Of a stretch of DNA of 64,000 bases, positions 38,106 through 49,587 are shown piece by piece. Below the pieces are notes generated by a model, which had not been told where the DNA came from, did not search any database, and saw nothing but the letters and a program-made list of their open reading frames with translations. The DNA comes from an uncultured delta proteobacterium (GTDB taxonomy: Bacteria; Desulfobacterota; RBG-13-43-22), in assembly GCA_963743305.1 (NCBI GenBank), contig CAVUPH010000030.1, forward strand, positions 62,617 to 126,616, written 5' to 3'. The stretch's first letter is position 1. Each line of letters starts with the position of its first letter. Position numbers and translations under genes: made by a program.

Positions 38106-38843
38106 ATGAAATTAGGAACGCTTTACGGGATCGGTGTAGGACCCGGCGACCCCGAACTGATGACGCTGAAAGGGGCCAACGTACTGAGGAAGTGCCGACA
38201 GGTCTTTGTTCCCAAGGCCCGCGGGGAGGGGGACAGCGCGGCCCTGGCCATTGCCGGGGCCTATCTGCGGGCCGACGCTGAAATCCATGAGCTGGTTTTT
38301 CCCATGATCACGGATCCGGTGGAGCTGGCCCGCCGCTGGGAAGAATCAGCCGGGCAGGTGGCCGCCGCGCTTCAAGCCGGGGAAGACGCCTGCTTCCTGA
38401 CCCTGGGGGACCCGCTGCTCTATTCCACGTATATTTATCTTCTCCGGGCCCTGCGGAAGCTCCTGCCCGAGACGCAGGCGGTGACCGTTCCGGGGATTAC
38501 GGCCTTCAGCGCCGCCGCGGCCCTGACCGATTTTCCCATCGGCGAAGCCAAGGAACCGGTTACCATCGTCCCTACGGCGGACGACTTGCAGGCCCTGGAA
38601 GAAGCCCTGGACCGGGGCGGCACGGTGGTCTTGATGAAGATCGGCAAACGGCTGGTCAAGATCCTGGACCTGCTGGAGAAAAAAAAGCTGCTGGACCAGG
38701 CCGTATTTGTGTCCCGGGCCGGACAGCCCGACCAGCGCCTGGAAACGGACCTGCGCAAACTGCGGGCCGAAGGACCGGAAGCCGGTTACCTGTCCATTAT
38801 TTTGGTTCATGCCGGAAAAGGCAAATCCGAATTGAAAGTCTAA
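38106..38843 (+). CDS. cbiL: Precorrin-2 C20-methyltransferase
   Basis: LYGIGVGPGDPELMTLK, LVFPM, TLGDPLLYST, VLMK. Confidence 0.93.
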   Translation: MKLGTLYGIGVGPGDPELMTLKGANVLRKCRQVFVPKARGEGDSAALAIAGAYLRADAEIHELVFPMITDPVELARRWEESAGQVAAALQAGEDACFLTLGDPLLYSTYIYLLRALRKLLPETQAVTVPGITAFSAAAALTDFPIGEAKEPVTIVPTADDLQALEEALDRGGTVVLMKIGKRLVKILDLLEKKKLLDQAVFVSRAGQPDQRLETDLRKLRAEGPEAGYLSIILVHAGKGKSELKV

Positions 38844-39591
38844 TTTTGTCGGCGCCGGGCCCGGAGACCCGGAACTATTGACCCTCAAAGCGGACCGGAT
38901 ACTCCGGGGCTGCCGCTGTTGCATCTTTGCCGGTTCCCTCATCAACCCGGAGATACTGAAACGCTTGCCGGAAGAGGCCGAACGCTATGATTCAGCCAAA
39001 ATGGACCTTCCGGAAATCATTCAAATCATCGAACAGGCCCGGACCCGGGGAAACGATGTGGTCCGGCTGCATTCCGGCGATCCCTCGATTTATGGCGCCA
39101 TCCGGGAGCAGATGAACGAACTGGACCTTCGGGGTATTCCTTACGAAGTGGTCCCGGGGGTCAGCTCCTTTCAGGCGGCGGCCGCGGCCCTGCCCGCCGA
39201 ACTGACCGCTCCGGAGGTCTCCCAGACCATCATCCTGACCCGCACTTCCGGCCGCACCCCGGTTCCCGAAAAACAGCAACTCAAGGAATTGGCCCGTTCC
39301 CGGGCGACCCTCTGCATCTTTCTGTCGGTGGATCGTTTAGCCGAGATCACCGCCGAGCTGATCCCCCATTATGGCGCCGATGGCCCGGCGGCTGTGGTCT
39401 ACCGGGCCTCCTGGCCGGACCAAAAAGTGATCCGGGGGACTTTGGCCGATATCGCCGGTCAGGTCGAAAAGGCCGGCATTAAAAAGACCGCCTTGATTAT
39501 CGTGGGTCAAGCCCTTTCCCGCCGTATCCCGGCCTCCAAGTTGTATGACCAGGCCTTTTCCCACGGCTATCGAAAGGCCCGGCCGGAATGA
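38832..39591 (+). CDS. cbiF: Precorrin-4 C11-methyltransferase; 1-nt frameshift at about 38842
   Basis: (KVY)FVGAGPGDPELLT, RLHSGDPSIYGAI.EQ, SKLY...FSH. Confidence 0.92.
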
Positions 39592-40361
39592 GGCTGGCCC
39601 TGATCAGCCTTTCCAACGAAGGGGCGCTGCTCCTTACCCGGCTGGCCCGTCATTTTCCCGAGTCCCGCATTTTTCTTCATGACAAATGCCGCTCCGACCA
39701 TTCCGGAGAACGATTCGCCCAGATCACCGAATTGACCCGAAAAATATTCTGGGAGTATCCGGGACTGGTTTTTGCCGTCCCCACGGGGGTGGCGGTCCGG
39801 GCCATCGCCCCCTGGATCAAACATAAGAAAGAAGATCCGGCCGTAGTGGTCCTGGATGCGGTCGGGCGGTTCGCCATCAGCCTGCTCTCCGGGCACGAAG
39901 GCGGAGCCAATGCCTTAGCCCTGACCGTGGGGAACATTCTCGGCGCCGAGCCGGTCATCACCACCACCACCGAGGCCCTCAAGACGGTGATCGTCGGCGT
40001 GGGCTGCCGCCGGGGCGCCCCGGCTAAAAAAATCCTGGAGGCGGTCGAGACGGCCCTTCAGGAAACCGGGATCGACAAGGCGGAAGTACGCTGGCTGGCC
40101 TCGGCGGATATCAAGGCCGACGAGGCCGGGCTCATTCAGGCGGCCCAGACCCTGGGAATTCCCTTTCGGCTGGTGGACTCCGAAGAAATCCGCCTGTCCG
40201 CCCGACCTTTCCAGCATTCAGAATTCGTGCGCCAAAAAGTGAACTTGCCGGCCGTGGCCGAGGCCTCGGCCCTGTTGGCAGGAAGGAGGACCCGATTAAT
40301 ACTACCCAAGAAGATCTTCAACGGGGTAACCGTGGCCCTGGCCCGGGAAAACTTTTTGTAG
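39588..40361 (+). CDS. cbiG: Cobalamin biosynthesis protein CbiG
   Basis: DPAVVV, LLSGHEGGAN, VITT, GVGCRRG, VAEASAL. Confidence 0.93.
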   Translation: MRLALISLSNEGALLLTRLARHFPESRIFLHDKCRSDHSGERFAQITELTRKIFWEYPGLVFAVPTGVAVRAIAPWIKHKKEDPAVVVLDAVGRFAISLLSGHEGGANALALTVGNILGAEPVITTTTEALKTVIVGVGCRRGAPAKKILEAVETALQETGIDKAEVRWLASADIKADEAGLIQAAQTLGIPFRLVDSEEIRLSARPFQHSEFVRQKVNLPAVAEASALLAGRRTRLILPKKIFNGVTVALARENFL

Positions 40362-41074
40362 TCGGTATCGGCCCCGGGGGACCATTGGATCGAACTCGGA
40401 GGGCCGAACGGGCCATCGAGGAAAGTCAGGTTATCGCCGGCTATTCCCGCTATCTGGAACTGATTGCCGATCTGACGAAAGGGAAAAAATTGGTATCCTC
40501 CGGAATGCGTCAGGAGAGCGAACGCTGCCGGAAAGCCCTGGAATTGGCGCGATCCGGAGAAACCGTAGCCCTGGTTTCCTCCGGGGACCCGGGGATCTAC
40601 GGCATGGCCGGACTGGCCCTGGAGCTGGCCGCCGCCGAGGGAAGCTTCGTCTCCATCGAGGTGATTCCAGGACTCACGGCCTCTAGCGCGGCCGCCGCCC
40701 GTCTGGGGGCCCCGCTCATGCTGGATTACGCCGTCATCAGCCTGAGCGATCTGCTGGTGCCCTGGGAGACTATCCGGATGCGACTGGAAGCCGTGGCGGC
40801 CGCCGACCTGGTCACGGTCCTCTATAATCCCCGAAGCAAAAAACGGGTGAAGCAATTGGAAGAGGCCGTGGCCCTCTTCGCCCGCCACCGGTTGGGAACC
40901 ACCCCGGTGGGCATTGGAACCGCGGTGGGCACGGAGGAGGAACAGATCGTCCTGACCAATCTGGCTCAAGTCCTGGAAAAAGAAATCGGTATGCGCAGCC
41001 TGGTCATCATCGGCAACCGATCCTCCAGGAAAGTCTTGGACTGGTTCATCACCCCGAGGGGATATAAAGTGTGA
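40346..41074 (+). CDS. cbiH: Precorrin-3B C17-methyltransferase (start codon uncertain)
   Basis: GKLFVVGIGPG, SSGDPGIYGM, GAPL..D...ISLSDLL, YNPRS, TPRGY. Confidence 0.92.
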   Translation, partial: GKLFVVGIGPGGPLDRTRRAERAIEESQVIAGYSRYLELIADLTKGKKLVSSGMRQESERCRKALELARSGETVALVSSGDPGIYGMAGLALELAAAEGSFVSIEVIPGLTASSAAAARLGAPLMLDYAVISLSDLLVPWETIRMRLEAVAAADLVTVLYNPRSKKRVKQLEEAVALFARHRLGTTPVGIGTAVGTEEEQIVLTNLAQVLEKEIGMRSLVIIGNRSSRKVLDWFITPRGYKV

Positions 41075-41193
41075 GGCGCGAAGCGCGGAGCGTTTGGCGC
41101 AGCGCGTTCTTAAAGACCTGAAAGGCAACCCTCTTTCTTAATACCGTTTAAATTAGAAATGTTTTGAACGCTGTGCGCTCCGCGCTCTGCGCC
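41075..41193. repeat. Intergenic AGCGC-heptamer hairpin, same type as 29966-30076
   Basis: ggcgcgaagcgcggagcg...cgctgtgcgctccgcgctctgcgcc around an AT-rich loop. Confidence 0.8.
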
Positions 41194-41202
41194 AGGCGAA
41201 AA

Positions 41203-41964
41203 ATGATCTTATTATTAGGCGGCACCAGTGAAACCGCATCCCTGGCCGACGCCCTGGCCGAGCAGGGTTTCTCGGTGCTGGTCTCGACCGCCACCGACAT
41301 CCCCCTGGACATCGGGAACCATCCCGCCATTCGGAGAAGGACCGGCCGGCTCGATGAACCGCAACTCACCCGACTCCTTCTTGATGAAAAAATTCGCGGG
41401 GTGGTGGACGCCACCCACCCCTATGCCGAAGCCATCGGTCCGCTGACCCGCAAGGTCGCCGGACAACTGCAACTCCCCTATTTTCGCTGGCTTCGACCAC
41501 CAGCCCTTTCCGGATCGAGCGAAATCCTGACCGCCGCCGACCATGGGGAAGCGGCTGTCCTGGCCTTTTCCTTCGGCGCTCCCGTCCTGCTGACCATCGG
41601 CTCCAAGAACCTGGAGCCTTATATCCGGGAAAGCCGGAGGACCGGCCTCCCGGTCATCGCCCGCGTCCTGGACCACCCCGATTCCCGGACCGCCTGCCAA
41701 AAACTCGGCCTCCCCCTGGAAGCGATTATTCCCGGCAAGGGGCCTTATTCCATAGACGAAAATCGAACAACTATCCGGAATTTTCGAATTGGGGTCCTGG
41801 TGACCAAGGACAGCGGAAAGGCGGGCGGAGTGACAGAAAAGCTGGAAGCGGCCCGGATGGAAGGATGCCGGATCGTAGTAGTCCGCCGCCCGGGCCCCCC
41901 CGGGGAATATTTCGATCAAGTGGAACCCTTCCTAAAAGTGCTGCTGGAGGCCCTAACACCTTAA
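41203..41964 (+). CDS. cbiJ: Precorrin-6A reductase
   Basis: ILLLGGTSE, VDATHPYA, TIGSKNL, GPYS..EN, VTKDSG..GG..EK. Confidence 0.93.
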   Translation: MILLLGGTSETASLADALAEQGFSVLVSTATDIPLDIGNHPAIRRRTGRLDEPQLTRLLLDEKIRGVVDATHPYAEAIGPLTRKVAGQLQLPYFRWLRPPALSGSSEILTAADHGEAAVLAFSFGAPVLLTIGSKNLEPYIRESRRTGLPVIARVLDHPDSRTACQKLGLPLEAIIPGKGPYSIDENRTTIRNFRIGVLVTKDSGKAGGVTEKLEAARMEGCRIVVVRRPGPPGEYFDQVEPFLKVLLEALTP

Positions 41965-42148
41965 CCCGGGAGAAATGCTCCCTTCTTAGTGGATTTGTAT
42001 AGCAAGCTGAAGTCCTCAGACCCCGATTCCCCGAATTCATCCCTAATCGATGGATCTCCAGGCCATCCTGGCGAAACATGAGCTGGAATATTTTCTTGAC
42101 AACTTGACAAGTAAAACCCAAAATGGCAAAAAAGGTTGGAGGAGAAAC

Positions 42149-42388
42149 ATGGACGTGATACCTATCGGTGAATTGAAAGCCAATTTTTCGACCATCTTGG
42201 GACGAATAAAGAAGGGGGAGAAGATTATAATCAGTTTTGGGAAGCATAAGGAGAAGGTGGCGATCCTATCCCCTTATAACGCACTTAAAAGCCCTAAGAA
42301 AAGAAAGCTCGGCCTTCTTAAAGGAAAAGCTGCCTTTAGGATCACCGCGGATTTTAAAATCAAGGATGAGGAATTGCTTTCCTTATGA
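42149..42388 (+). CDS. Phd/YefM family antitoxin
   Basis: IGELKANFSTILGRIKKGE...KRKLGLLKGK. Confidence 0.85.
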   Translation: MDVIPIGELKANFSTILGRIKKGEKIIISFGKHKEKVAILSPYNALKSPKKRKLGLLKGKAAFRITADFKIKDEELLSL

Positions 42389-42783
42389 ATTTTCTCATCG
42401 ATACCCATACCTTTTTATGGTCGATCTTGGATCCTGATCGATTGGGGACGAAAGCCCGGGATATCCTCCAGAAAACGGACAACCGGATTTTTGTCAGCGT
42501 GATATCCTTTTGGGAAATATCTTTAAAGGTTGCCCTCGGCAAAATGTCCTTGATCAACCTCCTCCCGGAGCAACTCCTGGAATCAGCCAATCAACTGGAT
42601 TTTGAAACGCTCCCTTTGGCGGCCAGCGAAGCCGCCACCTTTTACAAGCTGCCGAAAATCGGCCATAAAGATCCGTTTGACCGTTTGATTATCTGGCAGG
42701 CCATTCAAAACAAAATGCCCCTTATTTCCAAAGATAAGAGCTTTAATGACTACAAAGTCTCAGGTCTAAATTTAATCTGGTAA
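42385..42783 (+). CDS. vapC: PIN-domain (VapC) toxin
   Basis: FLIDTHTFLW, SFWEI, HKDPFDRLIIWQA, LISKD. Confidence 0.92.
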   Translation: MNFLIDTHTFLWSILDPDRLGTKARDILQKTDNRIFVSVISFWEISLKVALGKMSLINLLPEQLLESANQLDFETLPLAASEAATFYKLPKIGHKDPFDRLIIWQAIQNKMPLISKDKSFNDYKVSGLNLIW

Positions 42784-42902
42784 GGGATTCCGAACGAAAG
42801 TCGTTTCGTCCATCCCCTCCCCCGAACCAATTCCCTCCAGGATCGAATTCGTTCACCCTATTTCTTATTTTCAAAATGGTGTATAGTTAATAAATTAGCC
42901 GC

Positions 42903-42939
42903 TTCGCCCTTTTGGGTGGTTACCCCCCAAAAGGGCGAA
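42903..42939. repeat. GC-rich hairpin between vapC and the DGC leader
   Basis: ttcgcccttttggg-tggttac-cccccaaaagggcgaa. Confidence 0.6.
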
Positions 42940-43166
42940 CAACCATAAATTAATCTAAGATCGGATCAATAAGTTAACCCATCTTCCCGTTTCGTCCTTA
43001 TACCGAAAGGAAGGCATCCTTATGGGAGATTTGCGGAAACCCCAATTCTCGGAGGAGAAACGGGGTTTTCTTATTGAGGATTCGGTGAATGGCCAAAGCA
43101 ACGAAATGGAGGCTTACGGCCCGAATACCAACACCTGGCCAGGCGAAGAGGTTTAAGTTCTAAATT

Positions 43167-46044
43167 ATGAGGCTTCAATCCAAAGCGTTCCTTTTTCTTT
43201 CCGCCCTCCTGCTGTCGGCCCTGCTCAGCCAGTGGGGGCTTTTGTCTTACCTATTAGATAAATCCCTGCGTGACAAGGCCGACCAGGACCTTATCCATGA
43301 AGCCGCCGGTGTGAGCAATCGCCTCGATGCCTTTATTTTAGATTCCCAAACCGATATCCTGAATCTGGCTCAACATATGGATACCCAGGCTTTGGTGGAA
43401 GGTAAATGGGGTAAGATCCAAACCTATTTACAGTCTGCTTTTTTCGCCAATTCCCGTTTTGATGAACGGATTTTTTATCCTGGACGCCCGAGGGGTTCTG
43501 GTCGTGGATTATCCGGCTTCAGATATCAGGGGGATCAACGTCTCCTTTCGGGAATATTTCAAAAGGACTTTTTCCGAAAAAAAACCCATCATCTCTTCTC
43601 CTTATCAATCCAAACGGACCGGGGCGAATATTATTACTTTTACGGTCCCCCTCCTCTCGTATCAGGGTAATTTTTTAGGGCTTTTTGCCGGATCGGTCAA
43701 TCTCCTCCAAAGAAACTTTGCCGGAAACATCCGAGACATCCAGATCGGTCAGGACCGAAAGATCATGATCTATGATTCCAAAGGAAAATTACTCTACTAT
43801 CCTGATCTCGACTTGACCTCCAAAGAAGGGGAACCTCCTTACACGGATCCGCTGCTCAGGGGCCTCCCTCAGGGAAGTAAAGGGGTAATAGATCGCCAAG
43901 GCGCCGATAGGATGGAATATACTCTGGCCTTCCACCCCCTGCAAACCACCGATTGGATGGTGGCCGTCATCATGCAGAAGAAGGAAATTCTGGCCCCCTT
44001 GAATAGTTTAAAAAAGGAGATTGCCCTATTTCTCCTAATAGCCTTGTTCGTGGGCGTAGGGATCGGGATCTGGGTAATAAGAATAATTATCAAACCCCTC
44101 AAGGCCTTTTCTAACAGCATCAAACAGTATCAGGGGGGGGCCTGGGAAGAACCTGCCGGTCTGATTTCACGCCGGGATGAACTGGGGGATCTCGGCAGAA
44201 GTTTTAAGAACATGGCCTCCCTGCTCGGCGAGACCTTAAGCTCTCTAACTGAGTCGGAGACGAAATACCGGGCACTGGTCCAGGGGTCCACGGTGGGGGT
44301 ATTTTTGATCCAGGGTAGGCGATTCGTCTTTGTCAATCCCCGCTTGGCCGAGATCTTTGGTTATCGCCCGGAGGAATTGGAAACCTCTTTCGATCCCCTG
44401 GAGCTGGTTGCCCCTCTGGAACGTGATCGGGTCCTCAAGATAATGACCCAACCCCTGCCGGAAAATCAGCATCTGGTCCACTTTTTCTGGCAGGGCCTTC
44501 GAAAGGATGGCTCTCTGATAGAAGTGGAAGTCCTGGGAACTCCTTTATCCTATCAAGGGAAACCAGCCATACACGGCACCCTGGTAGACGTTTCCGATCG
44601 CAAGCTTATGGAAAGCAAACTAGCGCGAATCAATCGGGTGCGGGAGGAATTGATTACTTCTAAAACCAAGGGGGAAAAGCTCAAAATAATCACCGAGGGC
44701 CTGGTTCAAATATTTGAGGCGGATTTTGCCCGAATCTGGACCGTTAAACCGGGGGATAGGTGCTCTGAGTGTCTGCACGCCCAGGAGCAGGAAGGCCCCC
44801 CCGTTTGCCGAGAGAAGGAACAATGTCTTCACCTGCTGGCCAGTTCCGGGCGTTACACGCACACCGACGGTGAGGTTCATGGCCGGGTGCCTTACGGACA
44901 ATACATGATCGGACTTCTAGCGTCAGGAAATATTCCCAAGTTTTTGACCAACGACGTACTCCATGAACCCCTTATTGAAAATCACGACTGGGCCAAAGAG
45001 CTGGGTCTGATTTCCTGCGCGGGATACCGGCTCCTGTCTAGCGAAGGGGGATCGATCGGGGTATTGGCCCTTTTCAGCCGGCACATTATTTCGCCCTACG
45101 ATGACATTCTGTTGGAAGGTCTGGCCAACAGTACCGCTCAGGTTATCCAGACCGCCAGGATAGAAGAGAAACTTAGAGAGGGTGAAGAGCGCTATCGGAC
45201 GGCCATTGAACAATCCAATGACGGTGTTGCCCTGGTTAAAGGGGACCGGCACCTCTTTGTCAATCAACGACTGGTCGAAATTTTTGGTTATGACCGTCCG
45301 GAAGAAATCATAGGCCAACCGGTTGGTATGGTGGTCCATCCGGATGACCGGGAGCGGGTAATGGATATGACCCGTCGAAGGCAAAAAGGGGAAGCGCCGC
45401 CTCAAAAATATGAATTTATGGGCCAACGGAAAAACGGTGAACCCATCCCTGTTGAAGTCTCCGCCGCCAGGACGACTTATCAGGGAGAGCCCGTGGCCCT
45501 GGTCTATCTAAGGGATATCACTGACCGTAAGCAGGCCGAGGAGCTTCTCAGGACCTTATCGATTAAAGATGAGCTCACCGGCCTCTATAACCGCCGGGGG
45601 TTTCTTACCCTGGCCGAGCAGGAGTTGAAAAGGGCCCAACGGAAGGGAATGGAGGTGCTGCTCATTTTTGGAGATTTGGACAATATGAAGGGAATTAATG
45701 ATACCCTGGGCCATAAAGAAGGTGACCAGGCCTTGCAGGATATTTCACAGATACTTAAAGAGACCTTTCGGGAATCGGACATCATTGCCCGCTTGGGGGG
45801 GGATGAATTTGTCGTTTTGGCGATGAACGGCTTTGAGACCTCAGCCGAAATAATGATCAGCCGCTTCAAGAAAGTCCTGGATGACCATAATCGCCAAACC
45901 AAGAACTCCTATACCCTCTCCATGAGCCTGGGTCTAGCCTTTTTTGACCCCCAAAACCCTTGTTCCATCGAAGTCCTGCTGGCCGAGGCGGACAAGTTGA
46001 TGTATGAGAACAAGCAAAAAAAAGGAAGTCCCATGAAAGAATAA
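43167..46044 (+). CDS. Membrane diguanylate cyclase (dCache-HAMP-PAS-GAF-PAS-GGDEF); frameshift near 43460
   Basis: Two TMs; REYF, DELGDL..SF, PAS motifs; DELTGLYNRR, NDTLGHKEGD, RESD I-site, GGDEF. Confidence 0.92.
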
Positions 46045-46045
46045 T

Positions 46046-46085
46046 AGACCCCCTTGCTCAAGAGAGCGGTGGGTTTTTTGTTTTA
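46046..46085 (+). terminator. Putative intrinsic terminator
   Basis: Hairpin followed by ttttttgtttt after the DGC stop. Confidence 0.5.
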
Positions 46086-46106
46086 TTCATCCCCAGAGGT
46101 GACCTG

Positions 46107-49100
46107 ATGAAAGACGACCATAAGACCAGAGAGCAGCTCGTGCATGAACTGACGGAATTGCGCTCGCAAAATGCCGCGCTGAAGAAATCAGAAAACGCGG
46201 AGAAATACCGGAGTCTGGTGGAAAACCTCAGAGATGTCATCTATGAATTGGACAGTCAGGGTGTGGTCCTTTATATCAGTCCGGCCATCAGGGATATGCT
46301 GGGATACGACTCGTCCGATCTCCTCGGGAAGAACTTTATCGAGATGGCGCATAATGATGATCGGCCTGGTCTGGCGGAATGGTTTTCTGATCTCCGCCAA
46401 GGGAAAGAAATCCCATCGGAGTATAGAGTCAGCGACAAATCCGGTGATCTCAGATGGGCGCGGACGCAATCCAGACCTATCGTGGAAGACGGCCTCTTTA
46501 AGGGCGCTCGCGGAATACTCCTAGACGTTACGGCACAAAGGCGCGCGGAGGAGGCGCTCCGGAAAAGCGAAAAAAAATATCGTTTGGTTGTCGATAACAT
46601 GGCGGACGTTATAACGATCTTGGACTTGAATCTACGTTTTACCTACGTCAGCCCTTCCGTCATTCGCCTTCGAGGATATACGGCTGAAGAGGTCATGGCG
46701 CAGACCCTGGAACAGATCCTGACGCCTGAATCCCTGCAAGTCGTTGCCAGGGTCTTTGAAGAAGAGATGAAATGGGAAGCCAGTGGTACGGCAGACCTTG
46801 GCAGAACCCGCATCCTGGAATTGGAGGAATACAAAAAGGACGGTTCCACCGTTTGGTTGGAAAACCACCTGTCATTATTCCGGGACGAAAAGAAGAAGCT
46901 CGCGGGTATCATGGCCTTGAGTCACGACATCACCGAGCGCAAGCGGGCGGAGGAAAAATTGAGGGAGAGCGAGAAAAGCTACCGCGATCTTTTTGAGAAT
47001 GCCAACGAGGCCATTTTTGTGGCTCAGGGGGGTAAACTGGTGTTTTTCAATCCGAGGACCGTCATGATGAGCGGTTATTCCGCTGAGGAACTCGGGTCAA
47101 GGCCCTATATTGAGTTCATTCACCCGGATGACCGGGACATGGTTATCCGTCGGCGTGTTAGGCGAATGAAGGGTGAGGAACTTCCTCCCATCTACGATTT
47201 TCGAATTATTCATAAAGACGGCGACACCAGGTGGGTAAAACTGAATGCCGTCGCGATCAACTGGAAGGGAAGACCGGCCACTCTGAATTTTCAGAGTGAC
47301 ATCACCGAGCGCAAGGAGGCGGAGAAGGCGTTAAGAGCCAGCGAAGAATGGTTTAGAAAAATCTTTGAAGAAGCGCATCAGGTGGGTATCGTCATCACCT
47401 CGCCATCATTGGTATTTGAGAAAGCGAACCCCGCATTCTGTCGCCTGATGGGATACTCAGCGGATGAACTCCGTTCCATGACGTTCGCCGATATAACCCA
47501 CCCCGATCATCTCCAGCAGGACATGGAGAATGTCAAGAAAGTGGGACGTGGAGAAATACCCTTCTACCAAATCGAAAAACAATATATCAACAAGAGCGGC
47601 AAAGTACTATGGGGTAATCTGATTGTTTCGAGCATCCGCGATGAACACGACGCATTACTGAATTATCTTTCTATGGTAATCGACATCACCGAGCAAAAGA
47701 AGGCGGCGGAGTTATTGCTGGAGGCCAACAATAAATACCAAGAACTTGCCGAGAGTATCTCGGATGTATTCTTTGCCATGGACAAAAATCTCAGATACAC
47801 CTACTGGAACCAGGCGAGCGAAAAACTTACGGGAATTCCAGCAGAAAAGGCTCTTGGAAAATCTCTTCTGGAAATATTTCCGGACAATGAGGCACGAAAA
47901 CAAACAAAAGATATGTATTTAGTGACTATTGAAACTAAAAAGCCGCAGCATTTGACAGTCAATTACCCGGGTGATGAGCTCATTGTTCATGATATTAGCT
48001 CCTATCCGACCAAAGAAGGTGTTTCCGTGATTGTTAAGGACATCACTGGCCGCAAGCGGGCAGAGAGGGCCTTGAAAGAGAACGAGGCTAAGATGCGCAG
48101 CATCCTGGACAACATCGGAATCGGCGTGGCCCTCATCAGTCCTAAGATGGAGATCCTCGAACTGAACCGCCGGATGCGCGAGTGGTTCCCGGCCATCGAT
48201 CCGGGTCAACGTCCCATCTGTCACCGCGCCTTCAACGACCCGCCGCGCGAAGAGGTGTGTGTCTACTGCCCGACTCGTGAGACACTGCAGGACGGCCTGG
48301 TCCATGAAGCCACGGTGCAAACACCGCAGGCAGGTCTCGTCCGCAATTACCGCATCGTTGCTTCTCCGATCTTTAACGCCTTGGGCGAGGTTGCGGAGGC
48401 GATCGAGATGGTCGAAGACATCACCGAGAAACTTTCCCTGGAGTCCCAGATCCGCCAGGCCCAGAAGATGGAGGCCGTAGGCCGACTGGCAGGCGGCGTG
48501 GCTCATGATTTCAACAATATGCTCGGCGTGATCCTCGGTAACGTGGAAATGGCACTGGGAAAAGTGGATCCGGCCCAGCCGCTTCATGAGGATCTCATGG
48601 AAATCATGAAAGCCGCCAGGCGTTCCGCGGCCATCATCCGGCAATTGCTGGCCTTTGCCCGCAAGCAGACGATCGCCCCTCAGTTCCTCGACCTGAACGA
48701 GATCGTGGAGGGTATGCTCAAGATGCTCCGGCGGCTGATCGGCGAGGACATCGATCTTGTTTGGCTGCCGGACTCCGGCTTGTGGCCGGTCAAGATGGAT
48801 CCCACCCAGATCGAACAGATTCTGGCCAATCTGTGCGTCAACACCCGGGACGCCATTGCCCAGGTCGGCCAGGTCACCATCGAAACGAGAAACGCCGTTT
48901 TGGACCAGGCCTACTGCGCCGATCACCCGGGGTTTGTGCCGGGGGAGTACGCGCTGCTGGCCGTAAGCGACGATGGCTGCGGTATGGACAAGGAAACCCT
49001 CGAGCAGATTTTTGAACCGTTTTTTACTACCAAGGGGGTGGGCCAGGGAACCGGCCTGGGGCTGGCCACGGTTTACGGCATCGTCAAGCAGAACAACGGC

Positions 49101-49583
49101 TTCATCAACGTCTACAGTGAACCAGGGAAAGGAACGACCTTTAAAGTGTATCTGCCCCGGCAGACGGGCCAAGGCGTCGAGGCTCAGGAGGAAAGCGAGG
49201 GTACGCAGCCGCTATCCCGTGGCGAGACCGTGCTGGTGGTGGAAGACGAGGTCTCGCTCCTAAAGCTTGCCGGCGAGATCCTCGCTAAGCTGGGCTATCG
49301 CGTGCTGAGCGCGGGCGCACCGGGGGAGGCCCTGCGTTTGGTCGAGGAATACACCGGGGAGATTCACCTGCTGATGACCGACGTTATCCTGCCCGAAATG
49401 AACGGCCGGGACTTGGCGGAACAGATTAAAAAGATCAGACCGACGATGAAATGCCTGTTCATGTCCGGCTACACCGCCGATGTGATCGCCCACCGAGGCA
49501 TGCTCGATGAGGGCGTACAGTTCATCCCGAAGCCCTTCTCGGTGAGGGACCTGGCGGTTAAAGTCAGAAAAGTGCTGGGATAA
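46107..49583 (+). CDS. Multi-PAS hybrid sensor histidine kinase with receiver domain
   Basis: About six PAS/PAC repeats; AHDFNN, NTRDA, DDGCG, FFTTK, GTGLGL; LLMTD, MSGY, KPF. Confidence 0.95.
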   Translation: MKDDHKTREQLVHELTELRSQNAALKKSENAEKYRSLVENLRDVIYELDSQGVVLYISPAIRDMLGYDSSDLLGKNFIEMAHNDDRPGLAEWFSDLRQGKEIPSEYRVSDKSGDLRWARTQSRPIVEDGLFKGARGILLDVTAQRRAEEALRKSEKKYRLVVDNMADVITILDLNLRFTYVSPSVIRLRGYTAEEVMAQTLEQILTPESLQVVARVFEEEMKWEASGTADLGRTRILELEEYKKDGSTVWLENHLSLFRDEKKKLAGIMALSHDITERKRAEEKLRESEKSYRDLFENANEAIFVAQGGKLVFFNPRTVMMSGYSAEELGSRPYIEFIHPDDRDMVIRRRVRRMKGEELPPIYDFRIIHKDGDTRWVKLNAVAINWKGRPATLNFQSDITERKEAEKALRASEEWFRKIFEEAHQVGIVITSPSLVFEKANPAFCRLMGYSADELRSMTFADITHPDHLQQDMENVKKVGRGEIPFYQIEKQYINKSGKVLWGNLIVSSIRDEHDALLNYLSMVIDITEQKKAAELLLEANNKYQELAESISDVFFAMDKNLRYTYWNQASEKLTGIPAEKALGKSLLEIFPDNEARKQTKDMYLVTIETKKPQHLTVNYPGDELIVHDISSYPTKEGVSVIVKDITGRKRAERALKENEAKMRSILDNIGIGVALISPKMEILELNRRMREWFPAIDPGQRPICHRAFNDPPREEVCVYCPTRETLQDGLVHEATVQTPQAGLVRNYRIVASPIFNALGEVAEAIEMVEDITEKLSLESQIRQAQKMEAVGRLAGGVAHDFNNMLGVILGNVEMALGKVDPAQPLHEDLMEIMKAARRSAAIIRQLLAFARKQTIAPQFLDLNEIVEGMLKMLRRLIGEDIDLVWLPDSGLWPVKMDPTQIEQILANLCVNTRDAIAQVGQVTIETRNAVLDQAYCADHPGFVPGEYALLAVSDDGCGMDKETLEQIFEPFFTTKGVGQGTGLGLATVYGIVKQNNGFINVYSEPGKGTTFKVYLPRQTGQGVEAQEESEGTQPLSRGETVLVVEDEVSLLKLAGEILAKLGYRVLSAGAPGEALRLVEEYTGEIHLLMTDVILPEMNGRDLAEQIKKIRPTMKCLFMSGYTADVIAHRGMLDEGVQFIPKPFSVRDLAVKVRKVLG

Positions 49584-49587
49584 AGGA

